Positions 36,227 through 45,910 of a stretch of DNA of 64,000 bases are shown here, in pieces (the stretch's first letter is position 1; every line of letters begins with the position of its first letter). The stretch covers positions 85,512 to 149,511 of the forward strand of contig JAMWBU010000001.1 in assembly GCA_023819255.1 (NCBI GenBank), in the 5' to 3' direction. A program made the position numbers and the translations under genes. The notes under the pieces were generated by a model, which ran no database searches, had not been told where the DNA came from, and saw only the letters and a program-made list of their open reading frames with translations. This DNA is from Candidatus Omnitrophota bacterium (GTDB lineage Bacteria > Ratteibacteria > UBA8468 > B48-G9 > DTJG01).

Positions 36227-38831
36227 AAATATCCGCTATTATCTCGCAGACCTTTGAAACAGTTTCATCCACTTTTGTTATGTCTTTTCCTGATCCGCGC
36301 GCATACTCCGGTTTGCCTCCTCCAGCTCCATTCAATATTTCAAGTGCACGTTTCATAATAGCCTGGGCCTGAATCATATTTGAAATGTCAGGTGTAATTT
36401 TGCAAACGGCAACCGCTTTTTCATCGATTATACCTGCGAGAAAAACAACAGTTCTTTTTGTTTCTGATGAAATTGAATCAGCGATCCTTCCAAGGTGGTC
36501 AATCGAGATTCCATCAACTCTTCCAGCGATAATATGAATAATCTGATTTTTTATTTGAATATCTTTTTTATTTTTTTTCAAAGTCAAAGGAATATCTGTT
36601 GATGATTTTTCTATAATGGAATCGATTTTCTTTTCAAGATCTTTCATTTGTTTTTTCAACTTGTTTATTGAAGACGGAAGATTTTCAGGATCCGTTTTCA
36701 TTAGATTGCTCGCCTGCGAGAGTATATCTATATGCTTTTTAAACCAATTATAGGCGTTTTCTCTTGTAACTGCCTCAATCCTTTTTAGATTTTCTCCGAT
36801 AGATGAAAACGATATTATTTTTATTAACCCTATTTCTGATGTTGAAGAAACATGGATTCCCCCGCATAGTTCAGCGTGAAAATTCCCTGTTCTTACGACC
36901 CTTACCTGGTTTCCGTATTTTTCGGTGAATAATGCGATTGCTCCATCTCTTAATGCCTTTTGATAATCCATTTCTTCTATTTTCACAGGATGATTTTCAA
37001 ATATCATTCTGTTAACATCTGTTTCAAGTTTATCGACAATTTCCTGATTGAAGGGTTCAGAATATATAAAGTCAAACCTCAATTTATCGGCGCCCACATA
37101 TGAACCTGCTTGTTTAGCATGATTATTTGAAAATTTTCTCAAACAGTAATGTAGCAGATGCGTTGCTGTGTGGTTTGCGGATACATCCGTTCTGTGCTGG
37201 CGAGAAACTGTCGCAATAACTTCTTCCATTTTATGGACATTCTCTTGGCCTCCGGATGCAAATTTTCCGATATGAAAGATTATGCCGCGTTCGTCTGTTT
37301 GAGAATCGAGCACTTCAAAGACCCATTTTTTTCCTTTAATGATACCTTTATCTCCAACCTGTCCGCCTTTCTCAGGATAAAAGGGTGAACTTTCAAGCAC
37401 CAGTTCCCACAGATCTTTATCAGGAAGATAATAGAAAGCAATAACCCTGCATTTATCTTCTGATGTCTGATATCCTGTAAAGGTTGTTTCATTAATTTGT
37501 TCACAATCAAACACAACCTTTCTTTTTTGTTCAAAGATTGAATTTTGTCGTGATTTTTCCTGCTGTTTTTTAAGATATTGTTCAAAAATGTGCCAGTCTG
37601 GTTTAAGACTACTGTCTTCGGCAAGATCAGATATTAAATCTTTCGGGATTCCATATGTATCGTACCATCTGAAAAGAATCTCTCCAGGTATCGTATCGTC
37701 TGATAATTTTGATGTTTCTGATTTAAAAATATTTCTGGCTGAATATAGCAATTCGGAAAATTTTCTTTCTTCTTCGTATATCACATTTTTTATCTCATCG
37801 ATATTTTTCCCTATTTCTTGATATACACCTTCAAATGTTGAAGCCAATGGCTCAATCATATGTGTTAGGAAAGGCTCTTTCAGCCCAATTCTTGTGCCCT
37901 GAAAATATGCCCTTCTTATTATTCTTTTCAAGACATAACCCCTGCCCTCATTGTCCGGATATACGCCATCGGAGATGAGAAAAGCCGTGGCGCGTATATG
38001 GTCAGCAATTATCCTGAATTCTCTGACTGTTTTCTCATCATATTTCAGCCCAGAAATTTTCTCAAGTTCCATTATTAAAGGAATAAAAAGGTCAGTTTCA
38101 TAATTTGAATTTGTGCCCTGCATAATTCGCGCGATTCTTTCAAGACCCATTCCTGTGTCAACGCCTCTTCTTTTCAATGGCTGAAGGCTGCCATCTGCCT
38201 GTTGATTGTACTGTGGAAAAACAAGGTTCCAGAATTCAAGAAAACGATTGCAATCGCAACCAGGCTTGCAGTTATTGTTTTCGCAGGATGGATCAATTCC
38301 AAAGTCTATGTATATTTCGGTGCAGGGTCCGCATGGTCCGGTATCGCCTGCAGGACCCCAGAAATTATCCTTTTTTCCAAGTGGCACTATCCTGGTTTCC
38401 GGAATAAGTTGCTTCCATATTTTCAATGTTTCGTCATCCTCTGAATAATAGGAGACCCATAGTTTTTCCTTGCTGATTTTAAGATTTTCTGTCACGAATT
38501 CCCATGCCCACTGAATTGCTTCTTCTTTGAAGTAATCGCCAAATGAAAAATTTCCAAGCATTTCAAAAAAGGTATGATGCCTTCCGCTGAGTCCGATTTT
38601 TTCAAGGTCGCTGTCCTTTCCTCCTGCTCTAAGACATTTCTGACAGGATGTTGCTCTTGTAAATGGCAAAGGTATTTCTGTTGCCCAGAATTTTTTGAAT
38701 TGAACCATTCCTGCGCTTGTAAAAAGAAGGCTCGGGTCTTCTAAAGGTATAAGAGCGCTGCCTGGAACAACAGTGTGATCCTTTTTTTCAAAAAACTCAA
38801 GATATCTCTTTCTTATTTCCTTACTGTTCAC
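36216..38831 (-). CDS. alaS: alanine--tRNA ligase
   Basis: FTSAGMVQFK, CLRAGGKDSDLE.IG...RHHTFFEMLGNFSFGDYFK, the editing-domain HTATHLLH, and the C-terminal DHHA1-like GGGKPEYARG. GTG start at 38831. Confidence 0.95.
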   Translation of the reverse strand: MNSKEIRKRYLEFFEKKDHTVVPGSALIPLEDPSLLFTSAGMVQFKKFWATEIPLPFTRATSCQKCLRAGGKDSDLEKIGLSGRHHTFFEMLGNFSFGDYFKEEAIQWAWEFVTENLKISKEKLWVSYYSEDDETLKIWKQLIPETRIVPLGKKDNFWGPAGDTGPCGPCTEIYIDFGIDPSCENNNCKPGCDCNRFLEFWNLVFPQYNQQADGSLQPLKRRGVDTGMGLERIARIMQGTNSNYETDLFIPLIMELEKISGLKYDEKTVREFRIIADHIRATAFLISDGVYPDNEGRGYVLKRIIRRAYFQGTRIGLKEPFLTHMIEPLASTFEGVYQEIGKNIDEIKNVIYEEERKFSELLYSARNIFKSETSKLSDDTIPGEILFRWYDTYGIPKDLISDLAEDSSLKPDWHIFEQYLKKQQEKSRQNSIFEQKRKVVFDCEQINETTFTGYQTSEDKCRVIAFYYLPDKDLWELVLESSPFYPEKGGQVGDKGIIKGKKWVFEVLDSQTDERGIIFHIGKFASGGQENVHKMEEVIATVSRQHRTDVSANHTATHLLHYCLRKFSNNHAKQAGSYVGADKLRFDFIYSEPFNQEIVDKLETDVNRMIFENHPVKIEEMDYQKALRDGAIALFTEKYGNQVRVVRTGNFHAELCGGIHVSSTSEIGLIKIISFSSIGENLKRIEAVTRENAYNWFKKHIDILSQASNLMKTDPENLPSSINKLKKQMKDLEKKIDSIIEKSSTDIPLTLKKNKKDIQIKNQIIHIIAGRVDGISIDHLGRIADSISSETKRTVVFLAGIIDEKAVAVCKITPDISNMIQAQAIMKRALEILNGAGGGKPEYARGSGKDITKVDETVSKVCEIIADIYGK

Positions 38832-39258
38832 CTGCTTCCTCTCTCAGTTTTTCTAATGTTGTTTCGCTAAAACCTCTTGACGCAAGCCAGTACAGAGTTT
38901 TTTTTAAGGGCTTTTTTGATGAAAGAAAAAGTTCCCTTGCCACCATATATTCTAACCTGTCTGGATACATCCTGGCAAGTGTTTCGGATATTATGTTTTC
39001 AGGAATGCCTTTACTGGCAAGAATATCACGGATATAGTTGATACCCTTTTTTTTTCTTATGCACTTTTCTACAATAAGATCAGCAAGGCGAGCATCATTT
39101 ACGAAATTTCGTGTTTTTAGATATTTTATCGTCTCTTTTATTTCTGATTCATCATATCCTTGTTTTTCAAGAAACTGTTTGATTTTTAATTCAGATATTT
39201 CGGAAATATTCAAGAGTTTCAGAGCATATTTTATAGCCTTCTTTGTTTCTTCTCCCAT
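38821..39258 (-). CDS. recX: RecX-family regulatory protein
   Basis: 145 aa of helical repeats with the typical YLKTRNFVNDARLA and RGFSE segments. It sits immediately upstream of alaS, overlapping it, which is the classical recX-alaS neighbourhood. Confidence 0.65.
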   Translation of the reverse strand: MGEETKKAIKYALKLLNISEISELKIKQFLEKQGYDESEIKETIKYLKTRNFVNDARLADLIVEKCIRKKKGINYIRDILASKGIPENIISETLARMYPDRLEYMVARELFLSSKKPLKKTLYWLASRGFSETTLEKLREEAGEQ

Positions 39259-39269
39259 TTATTAATAGG

Positions 39270-39324
39270 TGCCTTAAAAAAAGATTCAAAGATTAGATTT
39301 GAAGTGCCTTAAACTTGAATCTTT
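39270..39324 (-). terminator. possible intrinsic terminator/attenuator between htrA and recX
   Basis: A 10-bp perfect inverted repeat, AAAGATTCAA (39280-39289) and TTGAATCTTT (39315-39324), is separated by 25 nt. On the minus strand the 3' arm runs into a T-tract (TTGAATCTTTTTTTAAGG). The long loop makes it atypical. Confidence 0.3.
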
Positions 39325-39349
39325 AATAGCATAAGACCTTTTTCAAATC

Positions 39350-40846
39350 TTATTGTTCGCCTTTGAGAACGCAGAAGCGATTATTGTCTTCCTGTTGTAT
39401 CCAAAGCGTTACAGAAGATTTTTTATCTATCTTGCTCGTTAAGGACTGGAAATCCTTCAATCCTGAGATTGTTGTATTATCTATTTTTCTTATTATGGTT
39501 CCAGGTGTGATTTCGCATTGATCAGCAGGGGAACCCGGATCAACATCTGTAACAATGACGCCTTTTATGCCAGATCTGATATTGAGCCTTTTTCTAATAT
39601 CTTCTGTTATATCTTTCACTTTTAATCCTCTCCAGTATTGTTCGAGTTGCTCTTTTTCGCTTTTCTGGGCGATTGCTTCTTCCTGCGGTCTTTCCGCTAT
39701 CTTTATCGTCAGTGTTATTTTCTTCTTGTTTCTCCATACCCCGAGAGTCACCGTATCCCCAACCCTCGCATCAGCAACTTTTTGTTGCAGGTCTTTTACA
39801 TCTGAAACGGGTTTATTGTTGAAATCAACAATTATGTCGCCTTCTTCCAATCCTGCCTTTTCTGCTGGTGTATCCGGCATTACGCTGGAAACAAGAGCTC
39901 CTTTTGTTTCCTTCAATCCAAAAGATGCCGCCAATTCTTCTGTGAGTGGTTGAAGGTATACCCCAAGGAATCCCCTTGTGACCTTTCCTGTTGATTTAAG
40001 CTCTTTGAAAACCTTTTTCGCTATATTTATGGGAATTGCGAATCCGATATTTTGAGCCATATAAGGCGCGATAATTGCTGTATTGATGCCGATTACTTCA
40101 CCCTTTATATTAACAAGGGGTCCGCCGGAATTTCCTGGATTTATAGCAGCGTCTGTCTGGATAAAATCTTCATACGGACTTGTTCCGAGGACGCTTCTGC
40201 CTTTTGCGCTGATAACCCCTATTGTGACTGTTTCTTCAAGTCCCATAGGGTTTCCGATGGCAATTGCCCACTCGCCTATTTCAATGCTGTCTGAGTCACC
40301 GAGGGCAACTATTGGTAATTGTCTGCCTGCGTCAATTTTTATGAGAGCAAGATCAGTTCTTGGATCAGTGCCTATGACCTTTGCTTCATATTTTTTTTCT
40401 GAATCCATCATTTTTACAAGGATTTTGTCGACCCCCTGAATTACATGGTTGTTAGTTAGAATGTATCCTTCCTGATCGACAATGAATCCAGAACCAAGAC
40501 CCTCCTGTTTTTTCTTGTAGGTTTTGGGTTGCTGCTGTCTGAATTTCGGCATGCCGAAGTCCTCAAAAAACCTATCAAAAAAATCATCTCCGAAAGGATT
40601 CCAGTATCTATAAGTGACAATTTTCTCAGTAGTAATCATTACAACCGCAGGTTTTACCAGTTTTGCTACTTGCACAAAGGCGTTTTGAAGGGCATATGCT
40701 CCAGAAGAGTCGACAACCTGCACTGGTTTGCTGGAAGGATAAACAGACGCATTTTGTTTTGTCATGGCATATATTGCGCCAAAGGCAAGACATCCACCGA
40801 TGATTCCTCCAATTACTCCTAAGGTAAATAGCTTTCTTTCTGGCAT
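39350..40846 (-). CDS. htrA: periplasmic serine endoprotease, HtrA/DegP/DegQ family with two PDZ domains
   Basis: N-terminal TM/signal segment, then the catalytic triad context: TNNHV (His), TDLALIK (Asp) and NPGNSGGPLVN (Ser). Two PDZ-like segments follow. GGAGG lies upstream of the ATG. Confidence 0.9.
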   Translation of the reverse strand: MPERKLFTLGVIGGIIGGCLAFGAIYAMTKQNASVYPSSKPVQVVDSSGAYALQNAFVQVAKLVKPAVVMITTEKIVTYRYWNPFGDDFFDRFFEDFGMPKFRQQQPKTYKKKQEGLGSGFIVDQEGYILTNNHVIQGVDKILVKMMDSEKKYEAKVIGTDPRTDLALIKIDAGRQLPIVALGDSDSIEIGEWAIAIGNPMGLEETVTIGVISAKGRSVLGTSPYEDFIQTDAAINPGNSGGPLVNIKGEVIGINTAIIAPYMAQNIGFAIPINIAKKVFKELKSTGKVTRGFLGVYLQPLTEELAASFGLKETKGALVSSVMPDTPAEKAGLEEGDIIVDFNNKPVSDVKDLQQKVADARVGDTVTLGVWRNKKKITLTIKIAERPQEEAIAQKSEKEQLEQYWRGLKVKDITEDIRKRLNIRSGIKGVIVTDVDPGSPADQCEITPGTIIRKIDNTTISGLKDFQSLTSKIDKKSSVTLWIQQEDNNRFCVLKGEQ

Positions 40847-40901
40847 AAAAACCTCCCTGTTGTTTTTCTAAATCTTTAGATGACAAAACCTTCAGATGGG
40901 T

Positions 40902-42080
40902 TTAGATTCTTGATTTAACCTTAACCCATTTGCCCTGTTTCAAAGATTGTTCTACCGCTTCAAGAACTTCCTGACACTTTACTCCATCAGCAAAATTTGG
41001 AGATGGCATCTTGTTTTTTACAATACAATTTAAAATGTCCGCAACCATGTTGACAAATGAATCTCCATATCCAATAATATGTCCAGCCGGCCACCAGTTT
41101 GCTGCGTAGGGATGCGAGGAATCGGTTGCCATGATTGTACGGAAGCCTTGAACACAGGCGGGGTCATCAACTGAATAATATTCAAGCTCATTCAATCTTT
41201 CAAGGTTGAATACAATACTTCCTTTGCTTCCATTGATTTCCCATCTCTGAGCATTTTTTCTTCCGGGTGCAAATCTTGTTGCTTCAAAAGAACCCAGGGC
41301 GCCATTTTTGAAACGCGCAAGAAAAACTGTCGCATCGTCAACATCCACCTTTCCTTTTTTACTTGACTTTTCTGTTACAACCAGTCCCGTATTGAGGTCA
41401 TTCTTTTCCACCAGAAGAGGTCTTTCTTTAATAAACGTCTCACTTGCGCCCACCACTTCGGAAAATTCGCCCACGAGATACCTTGTCATATCTATCAGGT
41501 GAGCGTTTAGATCTCCATGAGCGCCAGAACCTGCTATTTTCTTTTTCAGCCGCCACACAAGTGGAAATTCAGGGTCAAGTATCCAGTCCTGTAAATATAC
41601 AGCTCTCACATGATAAATCCTTCCTATTTTTCCTTCATCTATTAATTTCTTAGCGAGCCCAACCGCTGGCAATTTTCTGTAGTTGAAGCATATCGCGTGT
41701 TTGACACCATATTTTTCAACTGCTTCAAGCATTTCATAACCATCTTTCAATGAACTCGCAAGAGGTTTTTCACAGAACACAAATTTTCCTGCTTTTGCGC
41801 AAGCAACAGCAATGTCTTTATGTTTATCTGGCGGAGTTGTAATATCAACAATGTCACTGTCATCTCTATTTACGATCTTCTTCCAGTCAGTCGTCCTTTC
41901 CTGCCAGCCAAATTGTTCCTGCGCCGCTGCCAGAGGAACATCGTGTCTGCCGCATATGACTTTCATTACAGGACAGAGTGGCAGATCAAAAAATAAGGAA
42001 ACATCCCTGTATGCGTGCGAATGCGCTTTTCCCATGAATTTATAGCCTATCAAACCAACATTTATATTTTTTTTGGACAT
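40902..42080 (-). CDS. Gfo/Idh/MocA-family oxidoreductase
   Basis: NVGLIGYKFMGKAHSHAY and FCEKPLA. The ATG at 42080 is preceded by GGAGGA at 4 nt. The track extension to 42140 (poly-Lys) overlaps recA and is unlikely. Confidence 0.8.
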   Translation of the reverse strand: MSKKNINVGLIGYKFMGKAHSHAYRDVSLFFDLPLCPVMKVICGRHDVPLAAAQEQFGWQERTTDWKKIVNRDDSDIVDITTPPDKHKDIAVACAKAGKFVFCEKPLASSLKDGYEMLEAVEKYGVKHAICFNYRKLPAVGLAKKLIDEGKIGRIYHVRAVYLQDWILDPEFPLVWRLKKKIAGSGAHGDLNAHLIDMTRYLVGEFSEVVGASETFIKERPLLVEKNDLNTGLVVTEKSSKKGKVDVDDATVFLARFKNGALGSFEATRFAPGRKNAQRWEINGSKGSIVFNLERLNELEYYSVDDPACVQGFRTIMATDSSHPYAANWWPAGHIIGYGDSFVNMVADILNCIVKNKMPSPNFADGVKCQEVLEAVEQSLKQGKWVKVKSRI

Positions 42081-42093
42081 ATTTTCCTCCCTG

Positions 42094-43119
42094 TTATTTT
42101 GTTTTTTCTTTTTCTTTCGGTTGTTCACCTGGTTTTTCAAGACCGGTTTTCTGCCTTATATTTTTGAGTATCTGATTAAGGACATCCGGATTATCTTTCA
42201 AAAATTTGATGGCACTTTCTCTGCCATGTCCAATGGATTTTTCGCCAAAATAAAAATGAGTTCCTTTTTTTTCGATAATGGAGAGAGCCAGACCAGCATC
42301 TATGGCAGAGCCTTCTTTTGATACTCCCGAGTCAAAAAGAATGTCAATTTCAGCTTCTTTGAAAGGGGGAGCCACTTTGTTCTTGACGATCCTTGTTCTT
42401 ATTCTGATTCCGAACATTTCACCCTGAGATGTTTTTAGATTTTCTATTCTTCTAACCTCCAATCTGACTGATGAGTAGAATTTCAATGCCCTGCCTCCAG
42501 GCGTGGTTTCAGGATTTCCAAAGAATACACCGATCTTTTCCCTAACCTGATTGATAAAAATCGCAGCGGTTTGTGATTTGCTGATGTATCCTGTCAATTT
42601 TCTAAGCGCCTGAGACATCAACCTTGCCTGCAGTCCCATAACAGAGTCGCCCATTTCCCCTTCAAGTTCTGCCCTCGGGACTAATGCAGCGACTGAATCG
42701 ATAACAACAACATCGATCGCGTTGCTTCGTATCAGCGATTCCGCAATTTCCAGAGCCTGTTCTCCGGTATCCGGCTGACTTATCAATAATTCGTCAAGAT
42801 TTACTCCAAGTTTCTGGGCATATTGAGGATTCAAAGCATGTTCTGCGTCGATAAATGCGGCCTGTCCACCATTTTTCTGGGCTTCTGCGATTACCTGAAG
42901 AGCCAGGGTCGTTTTTCCGGAAGATTCCTGTCCAAATATCTCGGTTATTCTGCCCCGTGGAATTCCACCCACGCCAAGCGCCACATCAAGTGATATGGCG
43001 CCAGTCGGGATTGCATCGACTGCAAGCCGTGTTTTTTCTCCGAGCTTCATTATGGAACCCTTGCCGAAATTTTTCTCAATTTGTTCTATCGCCATTGATA
43101 ATGCTTTGTCCTTATCCAT
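42094..43119 (-). CDS. recA: recombinase A
   Basis: [15 protein letters not shown], the Walker A motif [32 protein letters not shown] and [28 protein letters not shown]. Confidence 0.97.
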   Translation of the reverse strand: MDKDKALSMAIEQIEKNFGKGSIMKLGEKTRLAVDAIPTGAISLDVALGVGGIPRGRITEIFGQESSGKTTLALQVIAEAQKNGGQAAFIDAEHALNPQYAQKLGVNLDELLISQPDTGEQALEIAESLIRSNAIDVVVIDSVAALVPRAELEGEMGDSVMGLQARLMSQALRKLTGYISKSQTAAIFINQVREKIGVFFGNPETTPGGRALKFYSSVRLEVRRIENLKTSQGEMFGIRIRTRIVKNKVAPPFKEAEIDILFDSGVSKEGSAIDAGLALSIIEKKGTHFYFGEKSIGHGRESAIKFLKDNPDVLNQILKNIRQKTGLEKPGEQPKEKEKTK

Positions 43120-43678
43120 TTTGTTTTCCCCCTATTGGAATATTTACCAATTCTTTATATTCAGGGCCTTCTGGACGAAGTATTGATTTGAATATCGTGA
43201 TTTCTTTAACCGTCATCATTCCCCAGAAGCGGTTCCCGAAATTTTCTTCTATATTTTTTACTGCGTCGGTTGATATGACTGATTTGACTCTGCCAGCGGT
43301 AATATGTCCTTGAAATTTGTTTTCTGGTTCCAAACCTATGTCCCTTGCGGCTTTTTCTGCAACAAAATATATTTTTTTCAGTATAGGATTTTCTTCGACC
43401 CCGACCCATATAACCCTGGGTCGGTTTTTGTCAGGGAAGAATCCTACACCACGCAAATTGATAACAAAAGGATAAAAAAAGGAATATGCCTCGGCAAGTT
43501 TATTTGAAAAAACAGGATACAATTCATCGCTAACTTCGCCCAGAAATCTGATGGTCAAATGTAGATTTCGTGAAGAAACAGTTTTTATCTTATCTTTATA
43601 TTTCTCAATTGCTTTAAGAAGGTTTGATATCTCGTTAATCAGTTCATTATCAATCTTTATGGCGGCAAAAATCCTCAT
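43112..43678 (-). CDS. thpR: RNA 2',3'-cyclic phosphodiesterase (2H family, ThpR/LigT)
   Basis: Two H-x-T/S-x motifs ([10 protein letters not shown] and GHITAGRV), length 188 aa, and an 8-nt overlap with recA. ligT-recA linkage is known from other bacteria. Confidence 0.8.
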   Translation of the reverse strand: MRIFAAIKIDNELINEISNLLKAIEKYKDKIKTVSSRNLHLTIRFLGEVSDELYPVFSNKLAEAYSFFYPFVINLRGVGFFPDKNRPRVIWVGVEENPILKKIYFVAEKAARDIGLEPENKFQGHITAGRVKSVISTDAVKNIEENFGNRFWGMMTVKEITIFKSILRPEGPEYKELVNIPIGGKQNG

Positions 43679-44337
43679 GATTTTTTTGTAAGAAATTGTT
43701 CAAGCCAATTTTTGACCAGATCTTTCGCTCCAAGTCCGAAAGCAAGCGCAAATGCAAGTGCTCCACTTGCAAGAATTATGTTAAAAACAGAAGTTACAAA
43801 ATTTCCTCCTATGCCCATTTCTTCCAGCGCCAGCACAACCCCGAATACGATTATTACGACTTTTGCTGTTTTTCCGAATATTTGAGATTGCTGGATGCCC
43901 GCATTTCCCGCTGCTGTATTCACAACACCTTCAACAATATTTCCGACCATGACAGCGGCGATAAAAAGAATAAGCCCTATTATTATTTTTGGTATGAACG
44001 AAAGCAGATTTTCTATTACTTCAGAAGGAATGGGTACTCCTGCGACACTGATGGAAAGGAACAGCACAACTATTAAAAGAAGCCAGTATATAACGCCTGC
44101 CAGCAATTCCGATGGTTCCTTTGTGATTTGACCTCTCAAAAGTATTTCTCTGAAACCGGAATCTTCAACAAGTTTATCGACCTTGATAACCTTCAGGAAT
44201 TTTGTGGCCAGAATTTTAAAGACCTTTGCTATTATCCATCCGACGATGAAAACCAGCAATCCGAAAACGAGTTTTGAAATGATTGTGCCCAGCTTACTCA
44301 TAATTTCTTTTGTTGGCATAAAAAGCAATTCTTTCAT
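43675..44337 (-). CDS. integral membrane protein with conserved-TM-helix repeats (small mechanosensitive-channel-related)
   Basis: About five hydrophobic helices (VFGLLVFIVGWIIAKVF, VIYWLLLIVVLFLSI, IIIGLILFIAAVMVGNIV ...). The family assignment is by resemblance only. Confidence 0.4.
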   Translation of the reverse strand: MKELLFMPTKEIMSKLGTIISKLVFGLLVFIVGWIIAKVFKILATKFLKVIKVDKLVEDSGFREILLRGQITKEPSELLAGVIYWLLLIVVLFLSISVAGVPIPSEVIENLLSFIPKIIIGLILFIAAVMVGNIVEGVVNTAAGNAGIQQSQIFGKTAKVVIIVFGVVLALEEMGIGGNFVTSVFNIILASGALAFALAFGLGAKDLVKNWLEQFLTKKS

Positions 44338-44379
44338 TTTTCCTCCTGTCGGAAAAACAGGAAAAAGATTTTCTGGATA

Positions 44380-45375
44380 CTATTTTTTCTTTAACCAGGG
44401 CATCATGTTTCTCATTTTTGCACCGACCTCCTCAATCAGATGTTTTTCCGCTTTTTTCGCCAGCGCATTGAACACAGGTCTTCCGACCCTATTTTCAAGT
44501 ATCCATTCTCTTGCAAATGTTCCTTCCTGAACCTCTGTGAGTATCTTTTTCATTTCCTTGCGCACTGATTCGTTGATGACTCTTGGTCCCCTTGTCATGT
44601 CTCCATATTCGGCAGTGTCGCTGATTACATTTCTCATTCCCTGAATACCTCTTTCAATGATAAGATCAACAATCAGTTTTAATTCATGACAGGTTTCATA
44701 ATATGCAATTTCCGGTTGATAGCCAGCCTCAACAAGTGTTTCAAAAGATGCTTTGATAAGTTCTGTAACTCCGCCGCAAAGCACAACCTGTTCTCCGAAG
44801 AGATCGGTTTCTGTTTCTTCCTGAAATGTTGTTTCTACGACTCCGCATCTTGTTCCGCCAAGCGCCTTTGCGTAAGCAAGGGCGATTTTTAGCCCATTTC
44901 CTGAAGGATTTTGTTCCACTGCGACAAGACATGGTACGCCCTTGCCTTCTGTAAACTGGGTTCTTACAAGATCTCCAGGTCCTTTAGGAGCGACCATAAA
45001 AATATCAATGGATGAAGGCGGTTTTATTTGACTGTAGACAATGGAAAAACCATGCGCAAATCCGAGCGCTTTTCCTTCTTTGATGTTTGGTTTAATGTCG
45101 TTTTCATAAACGACTGGCTGAAGATTATCCTGTGTCAGCATCATCATAACATCCGCTTTTTTTACAAGGTTCGCTGTATCAAGCGGTTTGAAACCATCTT
45201 TTTCCGCAATGACCCAGTTGTTTGTTCCTTTCAATTCAGCCACTATTACATTTAATCCAGTATCTCGAAGGTTCAGCGCGTGCGCCCTGCCCTGACTTCC
45301 ATATCCGATGATACCAACAGTTTTGCCCTCCAGAATACTCAAATCCGCATCGCTATCATAGTAGATCTGTGCCAT
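44380..45375 (-). CDS. ilvC: ketol-acid reductoisomerase (class I)
   Basis: [25 protein letters not shown] and [24 protein letters not shown]. The ATG at 45375 is preceded by GGAGGG. Confidence 0.95.
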   Translation of the reverse strand: MAQIYYDSDADLSILEGKTVGIIGYGSQGRAHALNLRDTGLNVIVAELKGTNNWVIAEKDGFKPLDTANLVKKADVMMMLTQDNLQPVVYENDIKPNIKEGKALGFAHGFSIVYSQIKPPSSIDIFMVAPKGPGDLVRTQFTEGKGVPCLVAVEQNPSGNGLKIALAYAKALGGTRCGVVETTFQEETETDLFGEQVVLCGGVTELIKASFETLVEAGYQPEIAYYETCHELKLIVDLIIERGIQGMRNVISDTAEYGDMTRGPRVINESVRKEMKKILTEVQEGTFAREWILENRVGRPVFNALAKKAEKHLIEEVGAKMRNMMPWLKKK

Positions 45376-45405
45376 TTTTGCCCTCCTATTAATCACGGTT
45401 AAAGG

Positions 45406-45909
45406 TTACTTTTCTTTATTGTTATCCCTGCAAATAGCGATTCTGCCTGTTCTTGTTATTTCTTTTATTCCAAAGGTTTTCATCAGATCTATCATTGCGT
45501 CGACTTTAGCCCTGCTTCCAACAAGTTCTATTGTTAAACTTTTCCTGGATACATCAACAATTTTTGCTCTGAAGATATTAACCATCTGTACTATTTCGTT
45601 TCTCACGCTGCTGCTGGCCGTGCTCACTTTTAAAAGAACCAGTTCTCTTTCTATGTGGTCTTCTGCTGTCAGGTCTTGAACCTTAATAACATCAATAAGT
45701 TTGTTAAGCTGTTTATAGATCTGCTCGAGGATTTTTTCATCGCCGCTGACCACAATTGACATTCTGGAGACCGTTGGGTCTTCTGTCTCTGCTACTGCAA
45801 GGCTGTCAATATTATATCCACGTGCAGAGAACAATCCTGCAATCCGCGCAAGCACTCCTGATTTATTCTCGACAGTTACTGAAATAATATGAGAATCTTT
45901 TGTTGCCAT
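45406..45909 (-). CDS. ilvN: acetolactate synthase small (regulatory) subunit
   Basis: ACT domain HIISVTVENKSGVLARIAGLFSARGYNIDSLAV plus a C-terminal AlsS_C-like segment. The ATG at 45909 lies 1 nt after the ilvB stop. Confidence 0.9.
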   Translation of the reverse strand: MATKDSHIISVTVENKSGVLARIAGLFSARGYNIDSLAVAETEDPTVSRMSIVVSGDEKILEQIYKQLNKLIDVIKVQDLTAEDHIERELVLLKVSTASSSVRNEIVQMVNIFRAKIVDVSRKSLTIELVGSRAKVDAMIDLMKTFGIKEITRTGRIAICRDNNKEK

Positions 45910-45910
45910 A

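Noticed and set aside
42081-42140. N-terminal extension of the oxidoreductase ORF encoding [20 protein letters not shown]
   Set aside because: The extension overlaps the recA 3' end and derives from an A-rich spacer. A perfect GGAGGA precedes the internal ATG at 42080, which begins the Rossmann fold.
42855-43313. 152-aa plus-strand ORF spanning the recA/thpR junction; similar cases at 18350..18796 and 50054..50467
   Set aside because: They are antisense to recA/thpR, HIT/cca and the leuD-like gene respectively, and none has independent signals.
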